Part shown: positions 47,164 to 56,958 of the stretch, piece after piece
Layout: every line of letters begins with the position of its first letter
Numbering within the stretch: position 1 is the stretch's first letter
Source of the DNA: a bacterium
GTDB taxonomy: Bacteria; Eisenbacteria; RBG-16-71-46; CAIMUX01
Direction of reading: 5' to 3'
DNA: 64,000 nt
Assembly (NCBI GenBank): GCA_030431975.1
Contig: JAUIHP010000001.1
Span: forward strand, 331,597 to 395,596
Position numbers and translations under genes: made by a program
The notes under the pieces: model-generated
Seen by the model: only the letters and a program-made list of their open reading frames with translations
What the model was told of the DNA's origin: nothing
The model's database searches: none

Positions 47164-48072
47164 ATGAAGCTGATCGGACGAATCCTGAGCATGTTGGTGG
47201 GGTTGGTTCTCGCCGCCGTTGTCGCAGTTTGGTTCTTGAGCGAGCAACGACTCGGCAAGGACCATACGGCGGACGTCAGCGTCGACAGTTCGGGAATCAT
47301 GGTGACGTCCGACTCCGCCTCGGTGGCGCGCGGTCAGTACCTTGCCCACAGCTTGCTCGCGTGCACGGAGTGTCACGGTTCGGACTTCGGCGGCCAAATG
47401 TTCGTCGACTCCGGCGCAATGGGACGGATTCCCGCGACCAATCTCACGAGTGGAAAAGGAGGCCTCGGATCCTCCTATTCCGTCGAAGACTGGGACCGCG
47501 CCATTCGGCACGGCGTCGGCCGGGATGGACGGGGACTTTTCGTGATGCCGTCGGAAGCCTACGTCTACCTGACCGACGGAGAGATGAGCGACCTTCTCTC
47601 CTATCTCCAGACCGTTCCTCCTGTAGACCGTGAGTTCGCTCCGCGTTCGTTCGGCCCCATCGGCCGAATGCTCGCGGCGACAGGCCAGCCGCTCTTCCCG
47701 GTCGACCGAACCGAACACGACACGAGCCGTCCAAACACCGCGCCGGTCATCCCGGGAGTCGAACGAGGAAAGCATCTCGCCAAGGTGTCGGGTTGTGAAG
47801 CCTGCCACGGAGCCAGTCTCGCCGGCGGAAAAGTCGCCGGCGCCGATCCATCCTGGCCTCCGGCGGGCAACCTGACCCCACACGCCGAGGGGCTCGCCCG
47901 CTACGACCTCGCGTCGTTCTCGAAGGCGGTGCGGACGGGAGCGAAGGTCGACGGAACCCAGATCGATGCGAAGGTGATGCCATGGCAGAGCTACAGCGGC
48001 CTGCGTGACGAGGAACTCCGCTCGTTATGGGCCTACATGAACTCGCTGCCGGCTACAGAGACCCCGAAGTAG
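47164..48072 (+). CDS. diheme c-type cytochrome, membrane-anchored
   Basis: Two CxxCH motifs 'CTECHG' and 'CEACHG'; N-terminal TM 'ILSMLVGLVLAAVVAVWFL'. Confidence 0.75.
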   Translation: MKLIGRILSMLVGLVLAAVVAVWFLSEQRLGKDHTADVSVDSSGIMVTSDSASVARGQYLAHSLLACTECHGSDFGGQMFVDSGAMGRIPATNLTSGKGGLGSSYSVEDWDRAIRHGVGRDGRGLFVMPSEAYVYLTDGEMSDLLSYLQTVPPVDREFAPRSFGPIGRMLAATGQPLFPVDRTEHDTSRPNTAPVIPGVERGKHLAKVSGCEACHGASLAGGKVAGADPSWPPAGNLTPHAEGLARYDLASFSKAVRTGAKVDGTQIDAKVMPWQSYSGLRDEELRSLWAYMNSLPATETPK

Positions 48073-48084
48073 CCGTCTAAGTAG

Positions 48085-48176
48085 ACCCAGAGGTGGACCC
48101 GTCGGTAGTGGACGCCGAGGTGGACGCGGAGGTGGACGCCTAGGTAGACGCCCTAGGCGCGGAGGTGGACGCGTAG
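48085..48176. repeat. ~12-bp tandem repeat (GAGGTGGACGCN) x ~8 downstream of the cytochrome gene
   Basis: 'agaggtggacccgtcggtagtggacgccgaggtggacgcggaggtggacgcctaggtagacgccctaggcgcggaggtggacgcg'. Confidence 0.75.
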
Positions 48177-48327
48177 CCTGGCGACGCGAGCGTCGCGGGT
48201 ACGGCCGCTGTTGATGCGGGAGGCAGACTCAGGTGCAGCTGGCACAAGGAGACCCGCCGCCACGCATCGACTAGCGTTACGCAACGGCGGGCTCGAATCG
48301 GCACTGCTCAGCCAACGCCTGAGGGAG

Positions 48328-49602
48328 TTAGCGAATTCGAACGACTCTTGCTGCTACGGACTCCCGATCGGTGCGGAACTCGACCCAATAGGTTCCCGCC
48401 GGGACTTCTCGTCCCTGTGAGTCGCGGCCATCCCACAGGATCTCGTGTGCACCTGCTCGCAACACTTCGTTTTCGAACAGGGTCTGCACCGTCCGCCCGT
48501 TGACGTCGACGACCAGCGCAGTTGCGGACTTCGCGTCGGCCGCGAGCTGGAACGTCAATCCGGATTCACCGCGGAACGGGTTCGGGTAAGCCATGATCGT
48601 TTGTGCATCCGGCTGGTAGCCGGATCCAATGCTGCCTGGACCTCCGGGGTTTCCTGGACCGCCAGGACTTCCTGGGCCTCCAGGGCTTCCTGGGCCTCCC
48701 GGATCTCCGATACCTCCCGGGCTTCCCGGATCCACATCGGTCGTGAATTCCGGACTTCGACCGACCCCGATGGAGGCGATGGGCGCGAAGTTGTCTTCGC
48801 GCAGCAGAACCAGGTCCCACAGACCATGCTCCTCCTCGCTCAGCCATTCGACCTCGGCGGAGATTGTCTGGAAGTCACCCTCCGCGATTTCTGCTTCCCC
48901 AAAGATCCATTCGTCGGCAGGCATTCCGTTGATCGAGAGGACTTGCTGATCCGTGTCCCAACCTTCGGGGCCCCAGATCTGCCAGAGATAGACGAACTGC
49001 GTCGGTTCGTTACCGAGGTTCCAGATGTCCGCCTCGAATGTGACCGGATCGAGCGGATGAAGGAAACGATGGGACTCCTCGAAGTACCAATCCAAGCAGG
49101 ACAGGGGCTGGTCGCGTAGGGTGCCGCCCAACCACGAGGAGCCCGTGCCTTCGATGACTGCCCAGTAGCAGACCGACTCGTTGAAATCGAGTTCTTCCGG
49201 ACGTTGCATGAGTACACGAACGACCTCGCATTCCCCCGGCCACAGCGAGAAGGAAGCAGGGCTCAGGAACTCATGGTCGGGGAGCACGCCCTCCGTGCAG
49301 TCGTAGAAGATTTCACCCGGCTCCAGTCGAACGTCGTAGAAGACCTGTTCGAAGCCCCAATTGCAGACCGTGATCTCGACGACGACCTCGGAGCTTCCGC
49401 AAAAGTTGCTCGTCGTCGGGACATGCAGACCGCCACTGGTCGTAGCCTGCACGTCCTCGCCGAAAAGGAGACCGGCAAAGGCGACGGCAATGGCAACGGC
49501 AATGGCAAAGATGCATCGGGTCGGGACACGTCCGAGTTTCCGCCCGGTTCGGGTTACCAACGGCAGCCTCTGTACCCAAGCTCTCATCGTCCAATCTGTC
49601 AT
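48328..49602 (-). CDS. secreted protein with FlgD-Ig-like / T9SS-type C-terminal domain
   Basis: GGAGAGGAG SD before ATG 49602; signal 'IFAIAVAIAVAFAGLLFG'; 'PGSPGGIGDPGGPGSPGGPGSPGGPGNPGGPG' linker; CTD 'AYPNPFRGESGLTFQLA...VVDVNGRTVQTLF...AGAHEILWDGRDSQGREVPAGTYWVEFRTD'. Confidence 0.65.
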   Translation of the reverse strand: MTDWTMRAWVQRLPLVTRTGRKLGRVPTRCIFAIAVAIAVAFAGLLFGEDVQATTSGGLHVPTTSNFCGSSEVVVEITVCNWGFEQVFYDVRLEPGEIFYDCTEGVLPDHEFLSPASFSLWPGECEVVRVLMQRPEELDFNESVCYWAVIEGTGSSWLGGTLRDQPLSCLDWYFEESHRFLHPLDPVTFEADIWNLGNEPTQFVYLWQIWGPEGWDTDQQVLSINGMPADEWIFGEAEIAEGDFQTISAEVEWLSEEEHGLWDLVLLREDNFAPIASIGVGRSPEFTTDVDPGSPGGIGDPGGPGSPGGPGSPGGPGNPGGPGSIGSGYQPDAQTIMAYPNPFRGESGLTFQLAADAKSATALVVDVNGRTVQTLFENEVLRAGAHEILWDGRDSQGREVPAGTYWVEFRTDRESVAARVVRIR

Positions 49603-49659
49603 GAAGAACTCCTCTCCCAGTCGTTCTGTCCAAGGCCGCCCCATGGCTTGCACCTTTTC

Positions 49660-49965
49660 GCCGGCGTAGGCATTCCCGGACGGCTCGCGCATACCAAACC
49701 GGCTATTGCATTGCCAACCGGCTCGCACATTCCCCAACCGGCGTACGCATTCCGGGACGGCTCGCGCATACCAAACCGGCTACTGCATTGCCAACCGGCT
49801 CGCTCATTCCCAACCGGCGTACGCACTCCGGGACGGCTCTCTCATACCAGACCGGCTGGTGCATTCCCCGAGCGCACGCATTCGCCAAGCGGCGCTCGCA
49901 TTCCCTGGCCAACGCATTCCCCATCCAGCGCACGCATTGCCTACGGGCTCGCCCCTTCCCCAGCC
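49660..49965. repeat. ~76-bp tandem repeat x ~4 (progressively degenerate) with internal GCATTCC...ACCGGCT sub-repeats
   Basis: 'GCATTCCCGGACGGCTCGCGCATACCAAACCGGCTATTGCATTGCCAACCGGCTCGCACATTCCCCAACCGGCGTAC' then a near-identical copy at 49738-49813, then diverged copies. Confidence 0.85.
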
Positions 49966-50160
49966 GGCGCAGACCTCTTTCGAAGCGGGCACTGGAGTGA
50001 CCGCCTTCAAAGGAACCAACGCCGGAGTTCGGACAATTCGCACAACAAGAGTGAGCCAACTCGGTTGATCAGGATCCGCCCTTCCCGGGACGCAAACGCC
50101 ACCCTTCCTCTTCTGACGTCCCGGAGGTGTCGAGGAGAAAAACTGATGGCGGGCACTTAC

Positions 50161-50258
50161 GCCTGGTCCCGTACGACTCGTCCCGTACGACTGGTGCCGT
50201 ACGACTGGTCCCGGACGACTAGTCCCGCACTCCTGGTCCCGCACTCCTGGTCCCGTAA
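50161..50258. repeat. 14-15-bp tandem repeat (GTCCCGTACGACTNG) x 7
   Basis: 'ggtcccgtacgactcgtcccgtacgactggtgccgtacgactggtcccggacgactagtcccgcactcctggtcccgcactcctggtcccgtaag'. Confidence 0.85.
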
Positions 50259-50417
50259 GACCCTTCCAGAGGCTCGATTGAACTCTTCCGGGCTGGCGGC
50301 CGGCTGCGAGACACGCGAACCGGCACCTTCCTTGGGTTCGCAGCCCTATCTGCCAGCCATGAGCGAGTGGTCGGAGGGCAACCGGATCCTGAGCGAGTTC
50401 GGACTCGGACTTCTTCG

Positions 50418-50483
50418 GGATCGAGTCTGGTCGTGGCAGGGATCGCGGTTGGTCGAGGCGGGGATCGCGCTTGGTCGTGGCAG
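50418..50483. repeat. 18-bp tandem repeat (GGTCGTGGCAGGGATCGC) x 3
   Basis: 'gtctggtcgtggcagggatcgcggttggtcgaggcggggatcgcgcttggtcgtggcagggatcgccgctg'. Confidence 0.8.
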
Positions 50484-50630
50484 GGATCGCCGCTGACTGG
50501 GCTCCGCTCCGACCGATGAACGAGACAGTTTCCGTCTATAGTGGAATGTCGCGACTCTTCGGAGAGGCGAAAGCCGTGATGTTCGGGTCGGTCCCTGCTA
50601 TGCTCGCGCAGCGAAATGGAGGGTTCAATC

Positions 50631-51023
50631 ATGCTGCCGCGAGTCAGCGACTACATGGACACGGTCGTCCACACACTGAAGCCGGATGACGAAGTCGTCT
50701 CGGCTGTCCGGTTCCTGCTCAAGCACCAGGTGACGGGCGCGCCTGTCGTCAACGACGCTGGCGAAGTCGTCGGCATCCTCACCGAGAAGGATTGCCTTCA
50801 GCTACTGTCCTCAGGCCACCAGGCCGACTTCCCGCAGGGCAAGGTCGAAGACTTCATGACCCACAAGGTCATCACAGTCTCACCAGGGATGAACGTCTAT
50901 TTCGTCGCGGGCATGTTCCTCAACAACTACATGCGCCGCTTTCCGGTGATCGACAACGGCAAGCTCGTCGGAGCCATCACCCGCTTCGACATCCTCAGGG
51001 CAATCGACGAAAACCTTCCATAG
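50631..51023 (+). CDS. CBS domain pair protein
   Basis: Two CBS motifs ('VTGAPVVNDAGEVVGILTEKD', 'RRFPVIDNGKLVGAITRFDIL'); GGAGGG SD 7 nt before ATG 50631. Confidence 0.75.
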   Translation: MLPRVSDYMDTVVHTLKPDDEVVSAVRFLLKHQVTGAPVVNDAGEVVGILTEKDCLQLLSSGHQADFPQGKVEDFMTHKVITVSPGMNVYFVAGMFLNNYMRRFPVIDNGKLVGAITRFDILRAIDENLP

Positions 51024-51065
51024 CCAGCTTTCCGACCCCGGGCCCCGGACCGTGGCCCGGACCCA

Positions 51066-51140
51066 GGGCGCGGCCCCTGGCCTCCGAACTCCAGGACTCT
51101 GGGCGCGGACCCTGGCCTCCGAACTCCAGGACTCTGGCCG
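51066..51140. repeat. 35-bp direct repeat x 2 containing the palindromic core CCAGGACTCTGG
   Basis: 'gggcgcggcccctggcctccgaactccaggactct' repeated immediately after the CBS gene stop. Confidence 0.7.
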
Positions 51141-51326
51141 CGAAACCCTAGGCTTGGGGCTGCCCCTAAAGTTTGGACCCGAATCCGGGCGTGGGTTCGA
51201 ACAGAGACCAGGGCCCAACTTGGGCGTGAACTAGAACCTGGACTGGGGCTTGCACCGGGCTCGGACCGGAACCGGAATTCGAGAGACCCGGGCCATCACC
51301 GATCTCGTCGGCCCGACGGAGTCAGG

Positions 51327-51845
51327 CTAGCCGAGTTTGCTGCGAAGCCTTGTCATGATGGCCAGATGGTGGTCATCGTGTTCCGCGACAAAAAAGCATA
51401 GGTCGATGACTCGCATGGGTTGCTGCAGCCGCGGATGGAGCGAGGTCGATGCCGCCTCCTCCGGGCTCATCTTCTCGAGTCGATCGACGAGTTCCGATCG
51501 GGACTGCCGAAATCCATCCGTAAGCTCCACGAGCTTGCGGCTATTGTGCTCAGCCTCATAGGTCTTCGCGTTGGTCAGGTCCGCAGCCCGCAGCACGGCC
51601 TCCCCGGCCAGGAAGTCCTCGATCCGCCCCAGCCAGAGTGACTCCAAGTCCCAGAGATGACCGATATGCTCCTGGAAGGACCAGTCCTCCCCATCGCGAA
51701 TCGTCAGAATCGCCGGTGGCGTCGTCGCACAGTGTTCCTCGACACGAACCGGCGCGCCACGAAGTCGCTCGACGAGCGTCGGGAACAGCTCCTGGGGAGG
51801 CTCGTACGGAAACTCCCGCTCGAACCATTTCGTCAGATCGAACAT
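51327..51845 (-). CDS. DinB-family (DinB_2) metal-dependent protein
   Basis: 'HIGHLWDLE' and 'AEHDDHHLA' His motifs of DinB/YfiT fold; ATG 51845. Confidence 0.65.
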   Translation of the reverse strand: MFDLTKWFEREFPYEPPQELFPTLVERLRGAPVRVEEHCATTPPAILTIRDGEDWSFQEHIGHLWDLESLWLGRIEDFLAGEAVLRAADLTNAKTYEAEHNSRKLVELTDGFRQSRSELVDRLEKMSPEEAASTSLHPRLQQPMRVIDLCFFVAEHDDHHLAIMTRLRSKLG

Positions 51846-52429
51846 CTCGCCCTCCTCCGTCGATGGCTCACGCACGGCTGACGCTTCAAGAGGACACTAA
51901 GCCCCTCAGCCTCGAGGCGTGCATCGAGAATGCATGCCACCGATCGAAAACGTCCTCCGACTTCGTTCTTTCGTTTGATGCACACCGGAACCTTGGGAGA
52001 CCGGGAGCAGTTCCGACTCCAGCGTCAACTACTCGGTGCAGGACTTCGACCCGTCCGTCCTTGGCTCTGCAAAAAGCGAACCTACCCGAGCGCGTTTGAA
52101 CTACGAAGAAGCAATTGGCCCAGCGGATCCGGCGCGACGGCTGCCGGTTGAAGCTGAAGAAGATCTCACCCATTACCCGGGCACGAACCATTGCGAACAG
52201 CCGTACTGGCACGATGAGCGCACCCGCCGCGGGTACAGACGAATTCGCAGGGCCGGACCCAACAGGCAACTGCAGTTCGCGCGATGCCGCACCCGCAGCG
52301 GGTACAGATTCCGATTCACCTATTGTTATCACCTATAGTTATTGCCGACGCGTTGTCGATTCGAGACGTGGATTCGCCGACGACGATCCCGCTGGTCCGT
52401 TGTTTGCAGGACTGTCGGACGACCGCGAC

Positions 52430-52660
52430 GATCTCTCGCCGGGTTCGTTATGTCGGGTTCGTTATGTCGGGTTCGTTCATCACGTCGTTTCGCAAGGTCG
52501 TTCGTCAGGCTCGTTCGTCAGGTTCGTTCGTCGGGTTGGGTCCTCGGGTTGGGTCCTCGGGTTGGGTCCTCGGGTTGGGTCCTCGGGTTGGGTCGTCAGG
52601 CTCGCTTTGTCAGGTTTGTTCGTCGGGTTTGTCTCGTCAGGTGCGCCCGTCCTTGGGGGG
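52430..52660. repeat. array of related ~13-bp tandem units (GGGTTCGTTATGTC x3; GNTCGTTCGTCAG x3; GGGTTGGGTCCTC x5; degenerate tail)
   Basis: 'cgggttgggtcctcgggttgggtcctcgggttgggtcctcgggttgggtcctcgggttgggtcgtcagg' flanked by 'gggttcgttatgtcgggttcgttatgtc' and 'caggctcgttcgtcaggttcgttcgtcggg'. Confidence 0.85.
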
Positions 52661-53006
52661 GCGACGCCATGTGGGAACGTCGGACAGGGATTCGTTCGCG
52701 ACTCCCGGCGTCGGGGCTCCGATGTTCACGACTCCGACAACCTTCCTTGCATTTTGGTCGGGGCTTGGTCGTCGGGCGGATTGGCCTGTCTCGGAAACGT
52801 AGGTCTTCGATCTGCGAATCCGCTGCAGTTTCTTCGTAACCGGTGAGCTCGACCCTACATCGAACAAATGTTCGCTTCGGCGCATCCGCACTCTGGTAAA
52901 CAAGTCATAGGCGCCCCTATTGAGGTGTGCCGCCGTCACCGGGGCCGGAAAGACGGCAGCTTGAAGCCGGACTGATTCCGCGAGGTTTTAACAACGGAAG
53001 GACCCT

Positions 53007-54786
53007 GTGATCGACGCCACAACTCATAGCAATCCGACCGTTGGCAGATGCGAGTCAGGTCAGGGCCAGGTCGCACCACCGAAAGAGAGACTGACGTCCC
53101 GATGCACAATCGAGGCACGTAGAGTCTCGCTTCGGCAACTGAACGACGGCCACTTGCTCCATCAAATGGGGCGCCTGCGAGAACGGGAACGACGAACGCT
53201 CCTCGACATGTTGCTCCATCTCAACGAGGTGTACCGAAGGAAGCTTCACCTTCGCGAGGGTTACGGTTCCATGTTCCGGTACTGCACGGACGCTCTCGAG
53301 TATTCGAAGTCCGCCGCATGCCGGCGGATCCAGGCTGCGCGCTGCCTTGGGCGGTTTCCGACGCTGGACCGCTGGATCGAGAAGGGTGAGATCCGAGTCA
53401 GTCACCTGTGTTTGATCGAACCGGTTCTAAGCCCGAAGAATCTCGACTCGATGATCCATGCGATCAGGGGCAGGACCCAGGCCGAGGGTGGAGCAAATCG
53501 TCGCCCGACACCGGCCGCCCGTTGCCGGTCGAGAGAAGGTGCAACCTGTGAGCATCAGGACAACTTCCGTCCGACCGGGCGGCCCAGACACCGACCGTTC
53601 AACCGAAGTGGCTCAGTCCGGCATCGGACCCAGAATTGCTCGGAACACCGGAGCCAATGCCAATCTCGGTATCACGGCTCGCGCCGACGCCGGTTCGGCA
53701 ACTACCGCCCCGGCGACCGCAGTTCCGAAACCGTTCGCGTCGGACAATGCTGCGTTCGGACACAATGCTGCATCGGACCCTACTACCTCGGCCAACACCA
53801 TTTCGAACGCCGCCAGCTCAACCATTGGTGTCGCCACATCCGACACCGTTGGCCCCTCGGCCGAGCACATCGCATTGGACTCGTCGGACTCCTCGGACTC
53901 GTCGAACTCATCGAACTCGTCGGACTCGTCGGATTCTTCGAGCTCTTCGGGCTCCTCGGGCTCGTTGGGATTTCGCGTCTCATTGGTGTTGTCGCCCAAG
54001 CAGATGGAGAAACTGGAGCGAGTCGTTCAATTGGTTGCGCCCGGGCACCGCTGCCAAGGCACGATGGCCCACGCGCTCGAGAAGGCGATGGACCTGTTTA
54101 TCAAGCAGAACTGTCCGCTGGAAAGGGATGCTCGCCGGGTCGCGAGAGCCACTCAGCAGACCTCGCTGCGCGGCCAAGCGCCTGATCACAACATCGCCGC
54201 AGCGCCGGCCGAGACCGCCCCGGCAACACGCTCGCAGGCAGAGGCCGAACGACGGCACGGCAAGAGCGAGGTCGACACGAAACAAGTCGACACCAAGACG
54301 GTCGACTCCGAACGAATCGACGGTGAGGCGCCCGATACGAAGTCGTTCGACGGTGAGGCGGTCGACGATGAAGCGAGTAAGTCTGGGCGGACGGACATTG
54401 AAGCGGTCGACTCTGGACGGAATGACGGTGAAGCGGGCAACTCTGAACGGAAGGCCCCTGAAGCGGTCGACTCTGAACAGAACGACGCGGTTGGTTGCAC
54501 ACAACGGGCGCGTGACTCTCTGGATCCACTGCCGACCAAGCTACGCGATCGAGTCCTTGCTCGGGACGGTGGGCGCTGCACTTTCGTCGGCCCCGGAGGC
54601 CACCAATGTGGTGCGACACGACGGCTGGAAGTGGACCACATCATCCCACGCGGCAAGGGAGGGGAAACAACCGCAGAGAATCTCAGAACTCTGTGCCGCG
54701 CACACAACCAATTCGAGGCTGACAAAGCCTACGGCCGGAAGTTCATGGAACAACACCGCCGCCACACCGAGCGGCGGCAAGAATGA
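53007..54786 (+). pseudogene. frameshifted HNH endonuclease of the DUF222/'13E12-repeat' type
   Basis: Frame 0 (53007-~53470) has a DUF222-like N-terminus ('GYGSMFRYCTDALEYSKSAACRRIQAARCLGRFPTLDRWIEKGEIRVSHLCLIEP'); frame +1 (53458-54786) carries a Ser/Asp-rich linker and C-terminal HNH ('CTFVGPGGHQCGATRRLEVDHIIPRGKGGETTAENLRTLCRAHN'); the frame 0 continuation after ~53470 is nonsense. Confidence 0.5.
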
Positions 54787-54912
54787 AGCGACGAAAGCAC
54801 CGACCTCGCGCTCAACAGAGTCCGAAGCCGGTGAGTCAATAGGTGTCGCACCTCGGTCTCGGGCTCGCTACCGCGTTCGGAGCATCGCGTTTCGGCATCG
54901 CACTTGGGGTAT

Positions 54913-55090
54913 CGAGCTCGGGCGTCGAGCTCGGGCGTCGAGCTCGGGCGTCGGGCTCGGGTGCCGCGCTCGGGCGCGTGCTCGGGTGCCGCGCTCGGGC
55001 GCGCACTCAGGCGTCGGGCTCGGGTGCCGCGCTCGGGCGCGAGCTCAGGCGCCGTGCTCGGGTGCCGTGCTCGGGCGCGCTCGGGTGTGT
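54913..55090. repeat. 12-13-bp tandem repeat (GCTCGGGCGYSN) x ~14
   Basis: 'gagctcgggcgtcgagctcgggcgtcgagctcgggcgtcgggctcgggtgccgcgctcgggcgcgtgctcgggtgccgcgctcgggcgcg...'. Confidence 0.85.
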
Positions 55091-55134
55091 TGTCCCGGCG
55101 TGCCCCTTGGCCCGAGTGCATCCGCCGTGGCCGG

Positions 55135-56958
55135 CTACTCCCACTCGATCGTGGCGGGAGGTTTGCTTGTTACGTCGATGGCGACGGCTCCGACGGCGTC
55201 GTAGCTCATGAGCTTTTCGGCAATCTCGGCACGGCATTCAGGGCCGATGTCGGCGGGGCGTGCTGTCATGGCTCTCTCGGACAGGATCGGCCGCACGACG
55301 ACTAGCTCCGTGCCGTGCCCGTCGACCTCCAGAGGGACCAGCACGGTCGGACATTGCCACACGGTCTTCATCAGTCCGTGCCGCTCGAGAGCGTCCATGA
55401 CGAAGGCGTCCAGTTCACGGAGAAGACCGAGCCGAGCACGAGTGATCGTTCCCGGAATGTGTCGGGCCTGCTGCGGGGTCGAACCGCCGATCTCATACAG
55501 ACAACGATTGATCCCGTGGACCCGTTTCGGCAGCGCGGTGGCAATCGCCGTCAGGGTATCCCATCCAGGATCGGGACCTACGAGCAGAACGGGATGCTCA
55601 TAGCTACGGAGGTCTGCCTTCACTCCGACCGACTTGACGGGAAGAGGTAAGGCCCGCAACTGTGTGCCCTCGAGAGCGGCTTCGAGTTCGGCCCTCATCG
55701 TCGTCGGATCGAGATCATCCGTCGGAGGGGCGCACGCCAGTCGAATGCCGAGCCCGGGTCCGGGGAACGGATGGCGGTCAATGCTGGCCGCATCCAGTCC
55801 CAACGCATGGCCGAGCTCTCGCACTTCCACTTTGTAGAGGTCGGCCAGCGGCTCGACGACGCGTCCCTCTTGAATCATCTGCTCGACGAGCGGAACCCGA
55901 TTGTGGTGGGTCTTGATCGTGTCGGCGCGCTTGGAACCTCCGGTCTCGATCGTGTCCGGATAGATCGTTCCCTGCCCCAGAAGCACGGCGCCCAAATCGA
56001 GTTCCGCAGCGTGTCGTTCGAAAACCTCGATGAACGTATCGCCGATCGCCTTTCTCTTTTGCTCGGGATCGACCAAGCCTTCGAGGGCACCGAGGAAGTC
56101 ATCCGTCGCGTCGACAACACGGAGACTGGGGCCGAGCCCCATGCGGGTGAGATTTGCTTCCACCGACGCGCTCTCGTCCTTTCGCATCAGACCGTTATCG
56201 ATATGAAGGAGATGGAGCCGGTCCGTACCAAGAGCGTGCTTGAAGAGCAGAGCACAAACCGAGGAGTCAACACCGCCGGACGCGAGCAGCAGGACGCTCT
56301 TGTCGCCAACCTGCTCGCGAATGGCGGCGGACCGCTCCTCGATTTGATTCTCGATCTTCCAATCCGCCTTGGCCCCGCAGATATCGATGACGAAGTTCCG
56401 GAGCATGCGGTGCCCATTGACCGTGTCGTCGACTTCGGGATGAAACTGCAGCCCGTACTGCTTCTTGCCTTCATGTGCGATCGCTGAGTTGCGGTGAGAC
56501 TGCTTGCCGTGGGCATCCGCGGAGTAGCCGAGCTCAACGAACCCGTCCGGCAGTTCCATCACAGAGTCGCCGTGACTCATCCACACGGTCTCTTCCTTGG
56601 ACAGACCGGAGAAGATCGGCGAATCATTCAGGATGGTAAGAGTCGCGGCTCCGTACTCGCGGTCGGTGTGCTCGACCGTACCGCCGGAGTACTTGGCGAT
56701 CTCCTGGTGGCCGAAGCAGAAGCCGAGGACGGGAATCCCGAGATCGAGGACGCCCCGGCTCCATCCGGACTCGCCATCATGGGCACTGAGAGCCGGGCTC
56801 CCGGAAAGGATGATTCCCTTGTAGTGGCGGAACGACTCGACCGGGTCGTCAGGGTCGCGAATCTCAGAAAAGACACCCATAGCCCGAATCTTGGTCGCGA
56901 TCAGGTGGACGTACTGCCCCCCGAAATCGAGAACGGCAATTGAATCGTGTGGTTCCAT
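55135..56958 (-). CDS. guaA: GMP synthase (glutamine-hydrolysing)
   Basis: Glutaminase 'GFCFGHQ', N-type ATP-PPase 'SGGVDSSV', C-terminal 'HPFPGPGLGIR...ITSKPPATIEWE'; ATG 56958 'MEPHDSIAVLDFGGQY'. Confidence 0.9.
   Translation of the reverse strand: MEPHDSIAVLDFGGQYVHLIATKIRAMGVFSEIRDPDDPVESFRHYKGIILSGSPALSAHDGESGWSRGVLDLGIPVLGFCFGHQEIAKYSGGTVEHTDREYGAATLTILNDSPIFSGLSKEETVWMSHGDSVMELPDGFVELGYSADAHGKQSHRNSAIAHEGKKQYGLQFHPEVDDTVNGHRMLRNFVIDICGAKADWKIENQIEERSAAIREQVGDKSVLLLASGGVDSSVCALLFKHALGTDRLHLLHIDNGLMRKDESASVEANLTRMGLGPSLRVVDATDDFLGALEGLVDPEQKRKAIGDTFIEVFERHAAELDLGAVLLGQGTIYPDTIETGGSKRADTIKTHHNRVPLVEQMIQEGRVVEPLADLYKVEVRELGHALGLDAASIDRHPFPGPGLGIRLACAPPTDDLDPTTMRAELEAALEGTQLRALPLPVKSVGVKADLRSYEHPVLLVGPDPGWDTLTAIATALPKRVHGINRCLYEIGGSTPQQARHIPGTITRARLGLLRELDAFVMDALERHGLMKTVWQCPTVLVPLEVDGHGTELVVVRPILSERAMTARPADIGPECRAEIAEKLMSYDAVGAVAIDVTSKPPATIEWE

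Noticed and set aside
49204-50496. 430-aa plus-strand ORF and overlapping ORFs (49706..50068 and others)
   Set aside because: They lie entirely within tandem-repeat arrays. The 'protein' is a periodic translation of the repeats with no start context or domain.
51160-51215. 'gtgggttcgaac' resembling a tRNA T-loop (GGTTCGAAT) in the CBS-DinB intergenic region
   Set aside because: No acceptor stem, anticodon arm or CCA-compatible 3' end could be built around it on either strand.
53470-54185. Continuation of the 53007 ORF in frame 0 to 54185
   Set aside because: The translation (RRPTPAARCRSREGATCEHQDNFRPTGRPRHRPF...) is nonsense, while the +1 frame carries the linker and HNH domain. Frame 0 after ~53470 is treated as out of frame.
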